Origin: Camelus dromedarius
Taxonomy: Eukaryota
NCBI RefSeq assembly: GCF_036321535.1
Contig: NC_087445.1
Span: 72,168,001-72,232,000, forward strand
Length of the DNA stretch: 64,000 nucleotides
Direction of reading: 5' to 3'
Shown: piece after piece, positions 50,269-62,300 of the stretch
How the letters are laid out: each line of letters begins with the position of its first letter
How positions within the stretch are numbered: position 1 is the stretch's first letter
The notes under the pieces: generated by a model
Told to the model about the DNA's origin: nothing
Databases searched by the model: none
The model's input: the letters and a program-made list of their open reading frames with translations, nothing else
Position numbers and translations under genes: made by a program

Positions 50269-50905
50269 CCCCACTATCTCCGAAGATTTGTCTTTAATGA
50301 AAAGGATTCGTTTGTCCAAATTCTGTTTCCAAAGCCAAGGTGATTGCCCGGCCGGAGCGCATCATTCCCGACGCTTCCCGACTCCGGCTGCGGTTGGGGG
50401 AGCTCAGCCCGTCCATCTGTCAGGATGGGATGGCTGGAGGGGTCGATCTATTTGGGGTTTAGGGATCGGTTTAGGCATTTTTTGTTTTGGGGGTATTGGT
50501 GGGGAAAGATAGATTAGAACCAAATTCAAAACGAATTAGCAAGCGTAGTCCGCCGGCATCTTCTTTCGCCCCCGACTTCCTGCGGCTCCGGCCGAGGGCG
50601 AGCTACCCGGACCACATTTGAGCCCCGCCGCGGCATGCCAGCTTCGTTCCCGGCCGAAATTTGAAAAACGGAAAAACGACGCGATCGACTGGAGGACCCC
50701 GCCAGCCGGGACTGGTCACCCGCAGAGGAGGAGGAGAACGAAGAGGACGACGACGAGGAGGATGGCGGCGCTGGTAGCAGGGACCGGTGTCCCTCCTTTG
50801 CGCGCACGGCCGGGCCGCGACCATCGCGCTGGGGCCAGCCAGCAGCCACCCCAAGGGGTCTTGCCCGCGGTGAGCTCGGTCCCTGTGGCTCCCGCCCCTG
50901 TTGCG

Positions 50906-51002
50906 CCCAGAGCTCAGCCACAGATGTCCAGCCACAATTCTCGGTTGGCCGCAGACTCGTACAAGAATTGCGTTTGGACAATCAGTGGCGAAGCCCCCGA
51001 GT
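50906..51002 (-). ncRNA. MIR219A2: pre-miR-219a-2
   Basis: 5p TGATTGTCCAAACGCAATTCT at 50984-50964 and 3p AGAATTGTGGCTGGACATCTGT at 50941-50920, forming the known hairpin. Confidence 0.96.
50910..50997 (+). ncRNA. MIR219B: pre-miR-219b (antisense hairpin on the same DNA)
   Basis: 5p AGATGTCCAGCCACAATTCTCG at 50922-50943 and 3p AGAATTGCGTTTGGACAATCAGT at 50964-50986 match the recalled human miR-219b. Expression in this species is not shown. Confidence 0.7.
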
Positions 51003-54000
51003 TCAGGGCCCCGATATCCTGCGGGGCTCCGCTTCGCTCCTTAAAAGCAGCGGACCAGATCTCCGGAGCTGCGCGTACCTCGCAGACGCTCGGCAGTCGC
51101 GGCCCATCCCGGTAAGGTGGACGAGCAAGCACGCGGATCCCGACCCTGCGTGGGGATCCCCATCGCCCCTGGCGTGTGTCTCCTTCGATCGCGGCCCGGG
51201 GTCCCTAGAATAGCCCGCGTTGGTCTGCGCAGCCCAGGTCGGGGAAATCTCTGCCAGGCCCGGGGAACCCTGACTCCCCTCTCCCCGCCCCCAGCCTGGG
51301 CTCCCCAGGTTCGCCGGGTTTCCGGAAAACAGGGGCCCAAGGCGGGGTCGCATTTCCGAACCCAGGGTCCGGGCTGCTGGAGTCGTGGGTCCCCCGCCCC
51401 CGCCCAGCCCCGCGCACGCACCGGCTTGGGCGCTCTCTGCTTCTCTGTGGCTGAGTCGCGGCCGGGGCGCCGGCGGTAGCGGTGGCGGCGGTGGCTGGGA
51501 CGGCGGGGAGCGCTGGAATGCGCCGCCGGGTCACCTGCAGCGCCCGGGGAGCCGGGCTGGGAGCCGGCGGGCTGGCGAGGCGAGGCGCAGGGCTGAGCCC
51601 GAGCGGGCNNNNNNNNNNNNNNNNNNNNNNNNNNNNNNNNNNNNNNNNNNNNNNNNNNNNNNNNNNNNNNNNNNNNNNNNNNNNNNNNNNNNNNNNNNNN
51701 NNNNNNNNNNNNNNNNNNNNNNNNNNNNNNNNNNNNNNNNNNNNNNNNNNNNNNNNNNNNNNNNNNNNNNNNNNNNNNNNNNNNNNNNNNNNNNNNNNNN
51801 NNNNNNNNNNNNNNNNNNNNNNNNNNNNNNNNNNNNAGGGGGCCACCCCCCCTGCACAGGCCGGACCCCTCGCCCTCCCACCCCCACCCTGCATCCTAGA
51901 CTCCCTATGCCCCGCCTGCTCTCTAGCCTGAACCCTTTGCCCATCGCCCCCTCCCTCTTCCTGGGCCAGGCACCCGCATCCCGGCCCTGCACTCCCATGG
52001 ACCTAACTCAGGCCCCTGGCCTTGGCAGAACTCCCCAAGAGTGCCCAGGGGACTTCAGAGTCTTTTAAGACTCAACCCTGGCCTCCCATCTGTCTTTGAA
52101 CCTGAGTTCTTTGGAGCCCCCCTGCCTTAAGCTCCTACCCCAGGGGCTTCTAGCTAGAGGGTGAGGGGGAACAGTCTAGAGGTCAGAGGGTCACCCCCTT
52201 AAAAGGCTATGCTGCAGGACAAGGGAGGAGGGGATGCAGTCCCAACCCCCAGGCTGAAGATGCCATCTCCAGAGACCACACCCCCACTGGGGATCTGGAG
52301 TCTGCCCTCTCCCTGACCAAGGACAAGGGCTTATTCCCAGGATACCTCCTGCAGGCTCCTGGATATCTCAGCTTTAGCAGGGTTGTGGGGGTGGGGGCAG
52401 CAGGAGGGTGTGAGAGGAACATGGAATCTATTAATTCTTGTCTTGTCATTGTCCCTTCCACTGGACAGCCCACTGGTCCAGGAGGCAGAGGCTCTGTCTA
52501 GGTCTGATATGTCCCCACCCCACCTGACCCCAGCCAGGTCTGGTGCAGAGAAGTTTCTCAGTCCACTGAGGGATGCATACCCAGTTTTCACCCGCAGAGC
52601 TCACTCAGCCTATCTCCCAATGAATCACACCGTGAAAGGAACTGGGTGGTCATTCTTCCCATACATTCTGGTCTCCATTTACCTCAGGGTTTCCCAGACG
52701 CCCAAAGCATTCCTGCCCCTGTCCTGAAATCCTCTTCTCTCCTCAGTCTGTGGGTTACCAACACAAGCCCCCCCTGAACTGTGATTCTTTTGGTCTGTTT
52801 TCCTCTCTTGGACAGGAAGTGGGTCTTACTGATCTTACTGCCTCCAGAGCCTAGAATAGTGCCCTCCGCACAACCAGGCATTGAATATCCATCAGAGACT
52901 TAAAAATGAGCCATGTAAACTTCTTGGAGTTTCTTATGAAAGTTATGAAAAGGTATGGCTTCTGGGGAGCAATACTTGAAGTTGAGGCTTTATAGAGAGA
53001 GAGCCTAACTAATCAGGTCCCATCTCCTGGTAATGCGCCATCTAATAATAATAATAGTAACCATGACAAGTGCCTTATATACCAAGCACTAAGCGCCTTA
53101 AAGGTAGGAACCTCTTGACTCCTCACAACAACCCTGGGAAGTAAGCACTATTGTCAGCCCCATTTTACAGGTGAAGAAAAACTGAGATTGGTGGCAGTTA
53201 AGTCCCTAGTCCCCAGCTGGCAGGTGGGGGAGCCAGAGCTAGAACCCACTGCACACTATAGATTCCCAGCCTTTACTTAGCAGATATGGAGGGGACTGGC
53301 ATAAATGCACATCCAAAACGGTGAAACTCAGGGGGCACCCTGTGTCTGTTTATAAATTATAATCCAGTCCCAGTCCCACCCCAGCCTGGCAGAAACACAA
53401 CCTCGATGGAGAGGGCAAGAGTAGTCTCCGCACCAGCGGGTCAGGAGGAGCTACTTAAAGCCTTCAGTCCTGGGCACCCTCAGGGAAACTGAGGAGCCTA
53501 GAAGGGTCCTCCCGCTAGTCACTGAACAGGTATTTATAGTATGTCTACTGTGTGCTAGTTGGAGATGGCCATGGGCAGATGTGCCCAAAGGGGATGCACA
53601 GCAGAGGCAGACCACCAGGGAGGGAGAGCCGCCCACCCAAGGAGCGAGGAGCAGAGGGTGAGGTGAAGGCGGGCGGGGCGCTGAGGCGGGCACTGTTCCA
53701 GGTGGAGGGAACAGCACCGCCAAAGCTAACAAGCGAAAAAGAACTTGGTGAGTTCGTAGAAAGAAAGAGATCTGGCGTGGCTGGAGCACGAAGGGGAGGT
53801 GGAGTTGGAGCTGAGCTTGACCCTGCCAGGCCCTGTAGGACACTGGGAGAATTTGTGATTTTATCCTAAACGCAGTGGGGATCCTGAAAGACCTGACAAG
53901 TTCAGATTTACATTTTTAAAGGTTTGCTGGCGCTAGAGTGTAGAGAATGGGGGTGGGGGCCAGTGCGGGGGCAGAATAGGGGAGAGCTGGTTGAGGACGG

Positions 54001-54572
54001 AGACCAATTAGGCTACTGCCTGTTTGCAGGCGAGAGCTGCCAGTGGCCTGGGCTTAGGTAATGGCAGAGTCCCAAACTCTTTTCTTGACCATTCGAGTGA
54101 CCTCAGTCAGACAAGGCACTTGGCAGTGAGTAACACTGAGGGAGCACCTGTGGTGTTGTATGTGGATGCTGGAGGCTGGGGGTAGGAGAAGAGAAAGATG
54201 AACAGAGTCTGATGTTGCCTGTCCAGAAGTATCCATCCAGTGGACAAGTGGACAGACAGACACACAGTGAAAAGAGCCAGCCCCAGTGAAAGGAGCAGAG
54301 CCACAGGAAAACACTTTAACTGAAATATTAACAACATTCTCTGGGATTATAAAAGACTAAGCGATTCATTCCAACAGGGAAGAAAGCGGCTGGCAGAGCA
54401 ACATTACCTTGGGCTTCCAGGCAAGTGATTCCAACAGACTGAACCTTAGTTGTTGCCTCTGTGAAATGGGGCCATTATCCCTGCCTCCCTAGAGATGGTT
54501 AGGTGGTTGTGGTGTTGGGAAGGGCCAAACACACCTTGCATTTGCTTGCAGTCAGGTTTTATCATTATCTTT

Positions 54573-54603
54573 CAACACACACACACAAACACACACACAC
54601 ACA
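54573..54603. repeat. Imperfect (CA)n microsatellite
   Basis: caacacacacacacaaacacacacacacaca. Confidence 0.9.
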
Positions 54604-56124
54604 AACAGATACATCTTCAGGCTCAGGCATGCGCTCAACTCCTCCTAGCCCCTGTTTTCTCCCTTCTCCCTTATTGAGTCAGACCAGCTCTCAGGAAGGT
54701 GGCAAAGTTACCCACACTGCCAGTTAGGCATGCCCTTCCTACCAGGACTGGCATTGGATCAAGGACTAGACCAAACGCTGCACCCAGCACAAAGGATATG
54801 CTCAGTACACGTCTGTTGAACAAATGAATCAATCCATGAATGCTTTATAGGAGTAATAATTAAATGAATGGGTGGATGGACAGATGGATAAAAAACAGAC
54901 AGGACGATTGAATGAAGGCTAAAATGAATAAAGAATTGACTGTGGGTACATAGTGTAGCCACTCAGCTAGGGTTCTCAGTGTGGAGCTGGAGGTGTTGCT
55001 GTGAGTCTCACTAAAGGGGGGCTTCCTTCCTGCTGCAGCCTGGATTCTGTGCTCCAGAGGTAGGCTCAAGAACCAAGCTGGCAGGCAGGTACCCAGGGAA
55101 CAACTGTGGCCACAGGTCAGGTTGGTCAAGCTGCATCTCTGTTCTAGATATTTCCAGTCCCTAGAGTCCTGTTCCCATCAATCTAGGATTCACTGTGGCC
55201 TGGGACAGAGGAAAGAGCCCTGCTAAGACTCAGCGTGCCCCCTTAGGCCAGGTCCTTGCCTCCTCCCCCAGGCTGCCAGTCCCCCATTCATGCAGAGTTC
55301 TGTAAGAGTAGTCAGTGCTCTTACGTGGTGACTGGCTGAGTGGCCTGCCTTGGAAATGAATTAGCAACCTGACACATCCCCGATCTCAGAAGATGACAAA
55401 GCCAGGTCACTGTCCTCACTCAGAGGGGATCATCAGAACCCCTCCACCCTACATAGTAGGTTTCAGTTTACAAAAGATCTTCCTCTCCATGAGATGAGTG
55501 AGAGCAGGGCGGGGAAGCCTTCCAAACTAAGGTAACCACCTCCCCGCACCTGGGATGCTTCATCCCATCATGCTGTGCTGTTGTCCTCAGTACACGGATC
55601 CCTCTCGGAAAGCCTGTTATTTTCCCACCATTGAATTTGTCTCTGCACTAGCACGTAAGCCCTGTGAGGACAAGGATCGTGTCCTGTTTGTTGCTGTATT
55701 CCCAGCATCTAGAATAATGCCTGACCCTTAGAAGGTGCTAATTTTTATTAAATGCCTGGGTAAAGGGACAAATAGATGGACAGATGCACGGATCATTGTA
55801 ATCCACTTAAAAATGACCATATAATAAGTTCTAAGCCCTTCTCATGGGTCACTACAGGCTTTGTGAGGATGCCATTACTGTCCGTATTGTACAACCAGGA
55901 ACCCGAGGCCCAGAGAGAGGAAGTAACTCCCCCAGTTACAGAGCCCAGGTTCTAGATCCAAGTCTGGCTATCAGCAAAGGCCATGTTCTTACCCACACCA
56001 CCATCTGACACCTCTAAGTGTTTGTCCAGCACCTGGTAATGTCGGAGCCATTGGAAGTTAAGAGTTGGGACTCAGACATATTGTCTGGTTCCAGTTGAAA
56101 TGTTGAAATACTGAATATTGAAAT

Positions 56125-56378
56125 ATTCACAATTGGCAAATCTATAGAGACAGAAAGCAGATTAGTGATTGCCTAGGGCTGGAGAGAGGAGAAGTTGAGG
56201 GGAGTAGGGAGTGAAAACTAATGGGTGTGGGGTTTCTTTTTGGGATGATGTAAATGTTCGAAAGTTGATTGTGGCGATGGTTGCACAAGTCTGACTACAC
56301 TGAAAAACCATTAAATTATACATTTAAAATGGGCGAATTGTATGGTATGTGAATTACATCTCAATAAAGCTGTTACTG
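56125..56378 (+). mobile_element. L1MB/MC-type 3' end
   Basis: ggcaaatctatagagacagaaagcagattagtgattgcctagggctgg...gtgaattacatctcaataaagctgtt. Confidence 0.85.
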
Positions 56379-59300
56379 AGAGAATAGTTAGCGCTCAAGA
56401 ATCTGCCACTCACCTGCAAGATGCATCACTTCACATCTCTGGCGAGCCTTAGGTTCCTAACCAGTAAAATGGGAAAGATAAATGGCTCATGGGGTTAATG
56501 TGAGCATTAAATGAGATAATACAGTTATTATTCCCATTTTATCCAGGAGGAGACTTAGGCCCAGAGAAAGGAAGTGAGTTGGCCCAGAACGCACAGCTGG
56601 TGGGTGACAGGTAAGGGATTCCAGCCCGGGGCTCTGAGCACTGCTGCTGATTTTCGCGTTATGTTGACTGGATCAACGTTGGTGCCCCCGCCCTCTCACC
56701 CCATCACCACCACCACCACTCTCTTCCATCTTCGCCCTTCTCTTGGACTCTAAGGCACTGGCTCCCCACTGCCCGTGCCCATGAGCAGACTGAGGTCCTC
56801 CAGAGCACAGGACTCCCTCTCCAACCCCAACCCTGCTCCCCTCTTGGGGCCATGATGCCGTCTTGCTTTTGCTTGTAATAAAGAAAATATCTCGGCTACC
56901 CTTCCATGGTTGCTTGGCAACCCCAAAGGGGGGTGGGGGGAGCAAAGGGGAGGAGGGAAGGGGGAGGACTCTGGAGCCAATCTGGAGACAAAGAGTAGGA
57001 TTTGGGTGACATGGAGCCTGTTCTTAGAGCTAACCTGGCCTGGCCGGGAGACGGGTAGGGGTGGGGGGCTTCCTCCCACCCCAGTGTCTCACACCAATAA
57101 ATATGGATTAGGGAAATGGGCAGAGTTTTTCCCACGGGCCTGAAAAGCCACATCTGACCTTTCTACCCCCTTTATGTACCAACGTGACAGTCAGAGAGAG
57201 CAAAGAGCAGGACCCCCTGAGATGCCTCCCCCATGGCCTTCTGACTTGGGGAAACTTTTCACCCTCCTCCTTCCCCTGTCCCCAGACCAGGTCACAGGCC
57301 CGCCTGGGCCCCTGGCCCAGGGATGAGGAGGAGGCTGCTCTTCCGGTGGAGTCAGGAGCTCCTAGCCTCAGGGTCTGCCTCAGGCCCTGGCCACCTGGAC
57401 TGCACAGAGCCAGGTATGAGGCCCCGGGTCAGCCCGTAAAGGCATTCCCTGCCTCCCCTGCCAGCCCGCCGCCCTGTGGCTCAAGTTCTGTGCCCCCCTC
57501 CTCTGCCCTGGCCTCCTCCATTAGGAGCCCTGCCCTCCTGCCAGGCCCCCTACAACCCTGTCCTCTTCTCTTCTTTCCTGACCTCACTGCATGTCCCGCT
57601 TCTCCATTCACTTTCCCTCTTTTCCTCTGGGGTGGGCCCCCTCTGCCTCAGCCCCCCCAAAACTAGGAAGCCCTTGAGGCTGATGTTCCTGAAGTGAAGA
57701 TGGCAGAAAAGGGTTGCAAAGGCGGGAGGGTGGGGGCGGTGATCTCTCTCCCTGGTGCCCTGGCTCGCTGGCTGCTGGCCGGGGGTGGAGAAAGACCGCT
57801 CTGAATGGAGTCAGTGTGGAGACAGGAAAAGCAAACACCTCAGCCTGGGCTGTGCTGGCCTGCGGGGGGGAGTGGGGGACAGGATGGGGCAGGGGCCTGG
57901 ACTCATCTCAGCCTCCCCTGATCAACCCTTTCCTGGTTCCTGAGGGCCCATGGCTTCCTGGACCCTTGGCCACAGTGTCCAGAAAGGGAGTGGGTTTAGG
58001 GACTGGGGACAAGCCCTCTAGGAGACACCTTCATCCGAATCTTCCCCTGCCCCACTGCCCAACCCCCAGCCAGTGCCCTTCCTGCCCAGCAGATGCCAGG
58101 AAAATCTGTGCCCGGGAAGGGCCGTCTGGCACCTGAGGGCCTGCCTGACCAGCCCTCCTCAGCAGCAGGAACTGGGTGGGGAAGTCACCTAATACCAGAG
58201 ACGGCCCCAGCAGTGCCATCCACTTCCCAGGCCGAGGAGACCCCACAATGCTCTGCCCAGGTGAGTGCTCCTCTAGCCCCACAGCCAGGCAGTGAGGGAT
58301 CAGGGAAGCTGTCCTTGTTTGGGCTCCTGGGAACCCCACGCACCCTATGCATCCCCAGAAATCTGTGACATTTTCTGTTGGACTGTCTCACTCCCTGCGG
58401 CGTATGTGGCACTGGTAGGTTGGTGAGAGGAGCCAAAGGGATGAGTAGAGGAGCTGGAGGTGAAGTCCGGGGATGGAGGGGGACAGGAGGTGCTGGAGTC
58501 TGGGGAGCAGGACTTCTGGATTTCAAGCCAGCTTTCTGATTAGACCTGCGGAATCACAGAGGCTCCTGTCGTGGTCACCTTTGAACATTTTGGATTCTAA
58601 AGATTTCTGGCACAAGCTCAGAGAGAGGTAGCAACTCATCCTGGGTGACCCAGCAAGTTGGTTGAGCTGGAACTCAAACCCACCAGTCCACCTTACAATG
58701 CCGAGGGCAGTGCTGTTTGTGCTGTGGACGCCAGGCTCGGCCACCTCTTCTTCCCTCTCCACATACAGTTTGGTCCCTCTGGATTTAAGGGATGGGAGGA
58801 GGGGCAGGCTCTGGACAGCACCACCCAGTGCCTCTGTCCCTTTCTATCCTCTCTCTAGGCACCATGCCTAGGGCCAAGCAACTCTTGGCCACAGTCTCTT
58901 CTGATGGTCCCTGAGAAGCCATGGTTGGCCTTTGTCTTACAGATCCCAGAGAATAGGACCCCCTTAGATCTCAGTGTCTAGCCATAGTCCCTCATACTGT
59001 AATCAAAGCCCAACCACACCTTGGAAAGCAAGGCCAACAGCTGACTGCATGCCAGTGTCCCCGCAGTGCCCACCTTGAAGTGTCCTGGCTGTGGGCTCAA
59101 GCTGGGAGGACCTTGCCAAATAGAAACGTGCAGCCCTTACTAAGTCAGGTGCTACTCTAAGGCCTTCCATGTACTCCGCTGAATGGTCACCACACTCCTA
59201 CATGGTGGGTTCGGTTTTACAGATTGGAAAACTGAGGCACAGAGAATTGAAGTGACTTGTCCATGGACGTACTGCCAGGAAAATCAGAGCTAGGATTTGA

Positions 59301-62300
59301 ACTCACAGTTCCAGAGCCCTGAGCCCTTAAATGTTCTCCTAATTCCTAGGAGGCCTCCTCTAGTGGTCATTGTGTCCAATCCCCTGCATCTGGGTGTCTG
59401 CCCAGGCCAACCTCTGCTCACAGACAAGAATCAATCTAGTTTTTAAAGGCACCTGCTCCAAGGGTGGAATTTCCCTCTGGGGATAATCAGACATTTATTT
59501 ATTCATAGCCTTCTGGCTGGGAGGAGGGGCCCTCCCACCCAGGATTCACCAGGGTCCAGCTGCCTCATTGTCCCTCTCTCCTTCCCCCTGCAGTATGATT
59601 AGAAGAGAACCAGACTTCCCTCTGGTCTTGACTCCACACCTCCAAGCTGTGTGACCCTGGACAAGTGACTCAGCCTCTCTGAGCCTCAGTTATGAACTGT
59701 AAACTAAGATGAATGATATACCCGCTTTGTGAGATTGATGAGGATTAAATGATAAAAGGGGAAGAAAAACTCTACTTTCAGGAATCATTTCTATAGTTTG
59801 TTCCAAGTTACTGGAAACCATAAGGAGGAAATGAGGGGTTCCCTTCTGAGTGTGAAACTTGCTCTTGGTTTTGCTTCTGCAACTACCATTTGCCTTTGAT
59901 AATCGTCCTTCTCTTCTTCTGGGAGAGTGAGAGGGAGAGGATGCTGCCTGAGTGCTCTCCATCATTTAAAAAGAAAAAAAGAAGAAGAAAAATGGGGAGG
60001 TTAAGTCAGAAAGGGGTCCGTGATCACAGTACCTGGTACCTGTGAAACCTGTGAAGTGCTGAAAATGAAGTAAATCCTCACCATCACCATCATCGGCGTC
60101 ATCACTGAAACCCTTCTGCCTGCGGGATCAGAGCCTCCTGCTTTCAGCCTTATACTTTAGCCTCCTTATTACAGGTAGAGAAACTGAGGCCCAGGACTTT
60201 CTCGGGGTCACACAGCAGAAAAGCTCTCAGGTCCCCTCATCCTGGTTGGGCCCCCCATCTCTTCTCCTTCGCTCCTTCCCACCTCAAGTTCTTGGGCCAT
60301 GTGCCCAGGGTTGGGCCCTGGCACCCAGTCCTGCCAGGCAGGGGCCAGGAGAGAAGTGAGCAGCGGTTGAAGGAGTAGGCGCAGAGGCCCGGCGTTCTNN
60401 NNNNNNNNNNNNNNNNNNNNNNNNNNNNNNNNNNNNNNNNNNNNNNNNNNNNNNNNNNNNNNNNNNNNNNNNNNNNNNNNNNNNNNNNNNNNNNNNNNNN
60501 NNNNNNNNNNNNNNNNNNNNNNNNNNNNNNNNNNNNNNCCTGGAGCAGGGGCCTGGGTGGCTGGGGGTGGGGCTGGGGCCTCACCCCGAGCTGGGGCGAG
60601 ATGTTGGGGGGAGGGGGTCAGCAGGAACAAAACGCTTTNNNNNNNNNNNNNNNNNNNNNNNNNNNNNNNNNNNNNNNNNNNNNNNNNNNNNNNNNNNNNN
60701 NNNNNNNNNNNNNNNNNNNNNNNNNNNNNNNNNNNNNNNNNNNNNNNNNNNNNNNNNNNNNNNNNNNNNNNNNNNNNNNNNNNNNNNNNNNNNNNNNNNN
60801 NNNNNNNNNNNNNNNNNNNNNNNNNNNNNNNNNNNNNNNNNNGGCAGGGGGGAGGGGACAAAGGGGGAGAGTACGGGTCACTGCATCCTAAGGGGTCGTT
60901 CCCAGACCCTGAGATCCCACCCAGCCATGGCCCAGTCACCTTCTGGGCTGCTCAGCCCTGGGATTGTCCCTGTTCCCTCATCTCGCCTCCCCTTCCTGAC
61001 AGACCAGGTTCCGACCTCAGGAAGAGTCAAGAGCAGGGTGCGTCGGGATTCCCACTGCTCTCCCCCCATAACTGTGTGATCTGGGCCGGGTGTGCCCCCT
61101 CTCACAGCCTGGTGTCCCCGACCACAGTTCATTCACTTACAAGAAATGACAGTGCCCTTCTATGTCCCAGCTCCATGCTGGGCACGGGGGCACACAGGGG
61201 TGGGTGGGCCACTCAGGTCCTTCCAGATTGTGGTTAATAGTCATAATAGTAAGGAGTAACAGTTCCCACCCACTTCCTCTGTGTTGGATACCGGGCTCAC
61301 CACTTTGCCCGAATTATCTCATCCTTTTCACAACAAAATCAAGGACACGGTAGATATTGTTCTTATATCCATTTTCCAGCTTTGGATACTGAGATTTTAA
61401 GAGGTAAAGTCACTTGCCCAAAGCCAGGCTGCCGGGAAGCAGCAACGCTGGGATCCTAGCCCAGGCTGACCGCCGCCACTGAGAGGAATGATCTGCTAAT
61501 AAATACTTGGAAGGTGCTGAGCACAGAGCCTGGCACCACTCCAGACTCAGCCTACAGAACGGAGTGGGTGGTGGTGTTAATTCCATCCGCCAGCTTCCCA
61601 TTTCACAGGTGGCGCTACTGAGGCCCAGACCAGAGAAAGCAAACCTGGGGTGAGAAGGTTGGGGAAACTTAAACAGCAGCACCCACAGGGATTTTGGAGT
61701 TACCAGGGCTGGCCAGAGAGAGGCAGGCAGCCCAATCTGGGTTTCAAACCCCAATTCTGGGTGGGCTTTGGCAAGTGACTTAGCTTTAACCTGCCTCACT
61801 ATTCTCATTTATAAAATGAAGGTATTCCCTACTTCACAGGACTATGGTGGAAATTAGAGAATCCATTTAAAGTGCTTAGCACGATGCCTGGCATGCAGCA
61901 GACAGTTAATGATAGCTATTACTATTATTATTCTGAATGTGGTAACATTTATCCCTTTGAACCTTCCTCTCACCTGGGGTCACCTGAGGACAAGGCTCTG
62001 TTGAGGGGAGGGGCTGTGGGTTAGCAGTTGTTGCATGGAGGGTGGGGACAGCAATACTTGTTCTTCTTGGGGTCTCTAGAAGTCCTGTGACAGGCTACCC
62101 CTGCAGGTCGGAGGAAGGCAGACGGGATGAGGCTGGGAGGGGAAGGGGCTGTCTGGGCCCAGAGGAGTTAACAGCTCCCAGGCCCTGGCCCAGCAGGGCT
62201 GCCACGCTGCAGCCCAGCCGCAGCAACGCAGCAAGAGATTTTAGCAGAGCAGCCAGGGCTGCTTCCTGATGGGCAAAACAGCTGGCTGCCTGGGGAAAAC

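Larger units (their letters stand above)
50340..51900. promoter_or_regulatory. CpG island around and upstream of MIR219A2 (partly an N-gap)
   Basis: Very high CpG density with no recognised coding exon; the likely minus-strand pri-miRNA start lies in or near gap 51609-51836. Confidence 0.75.

Noticed and set aside
51003-52068. Cluster of long overlapping ORFs on both strands
   Set aside because: Expected from stop-poor CpG-island sequence plus an N-gap.
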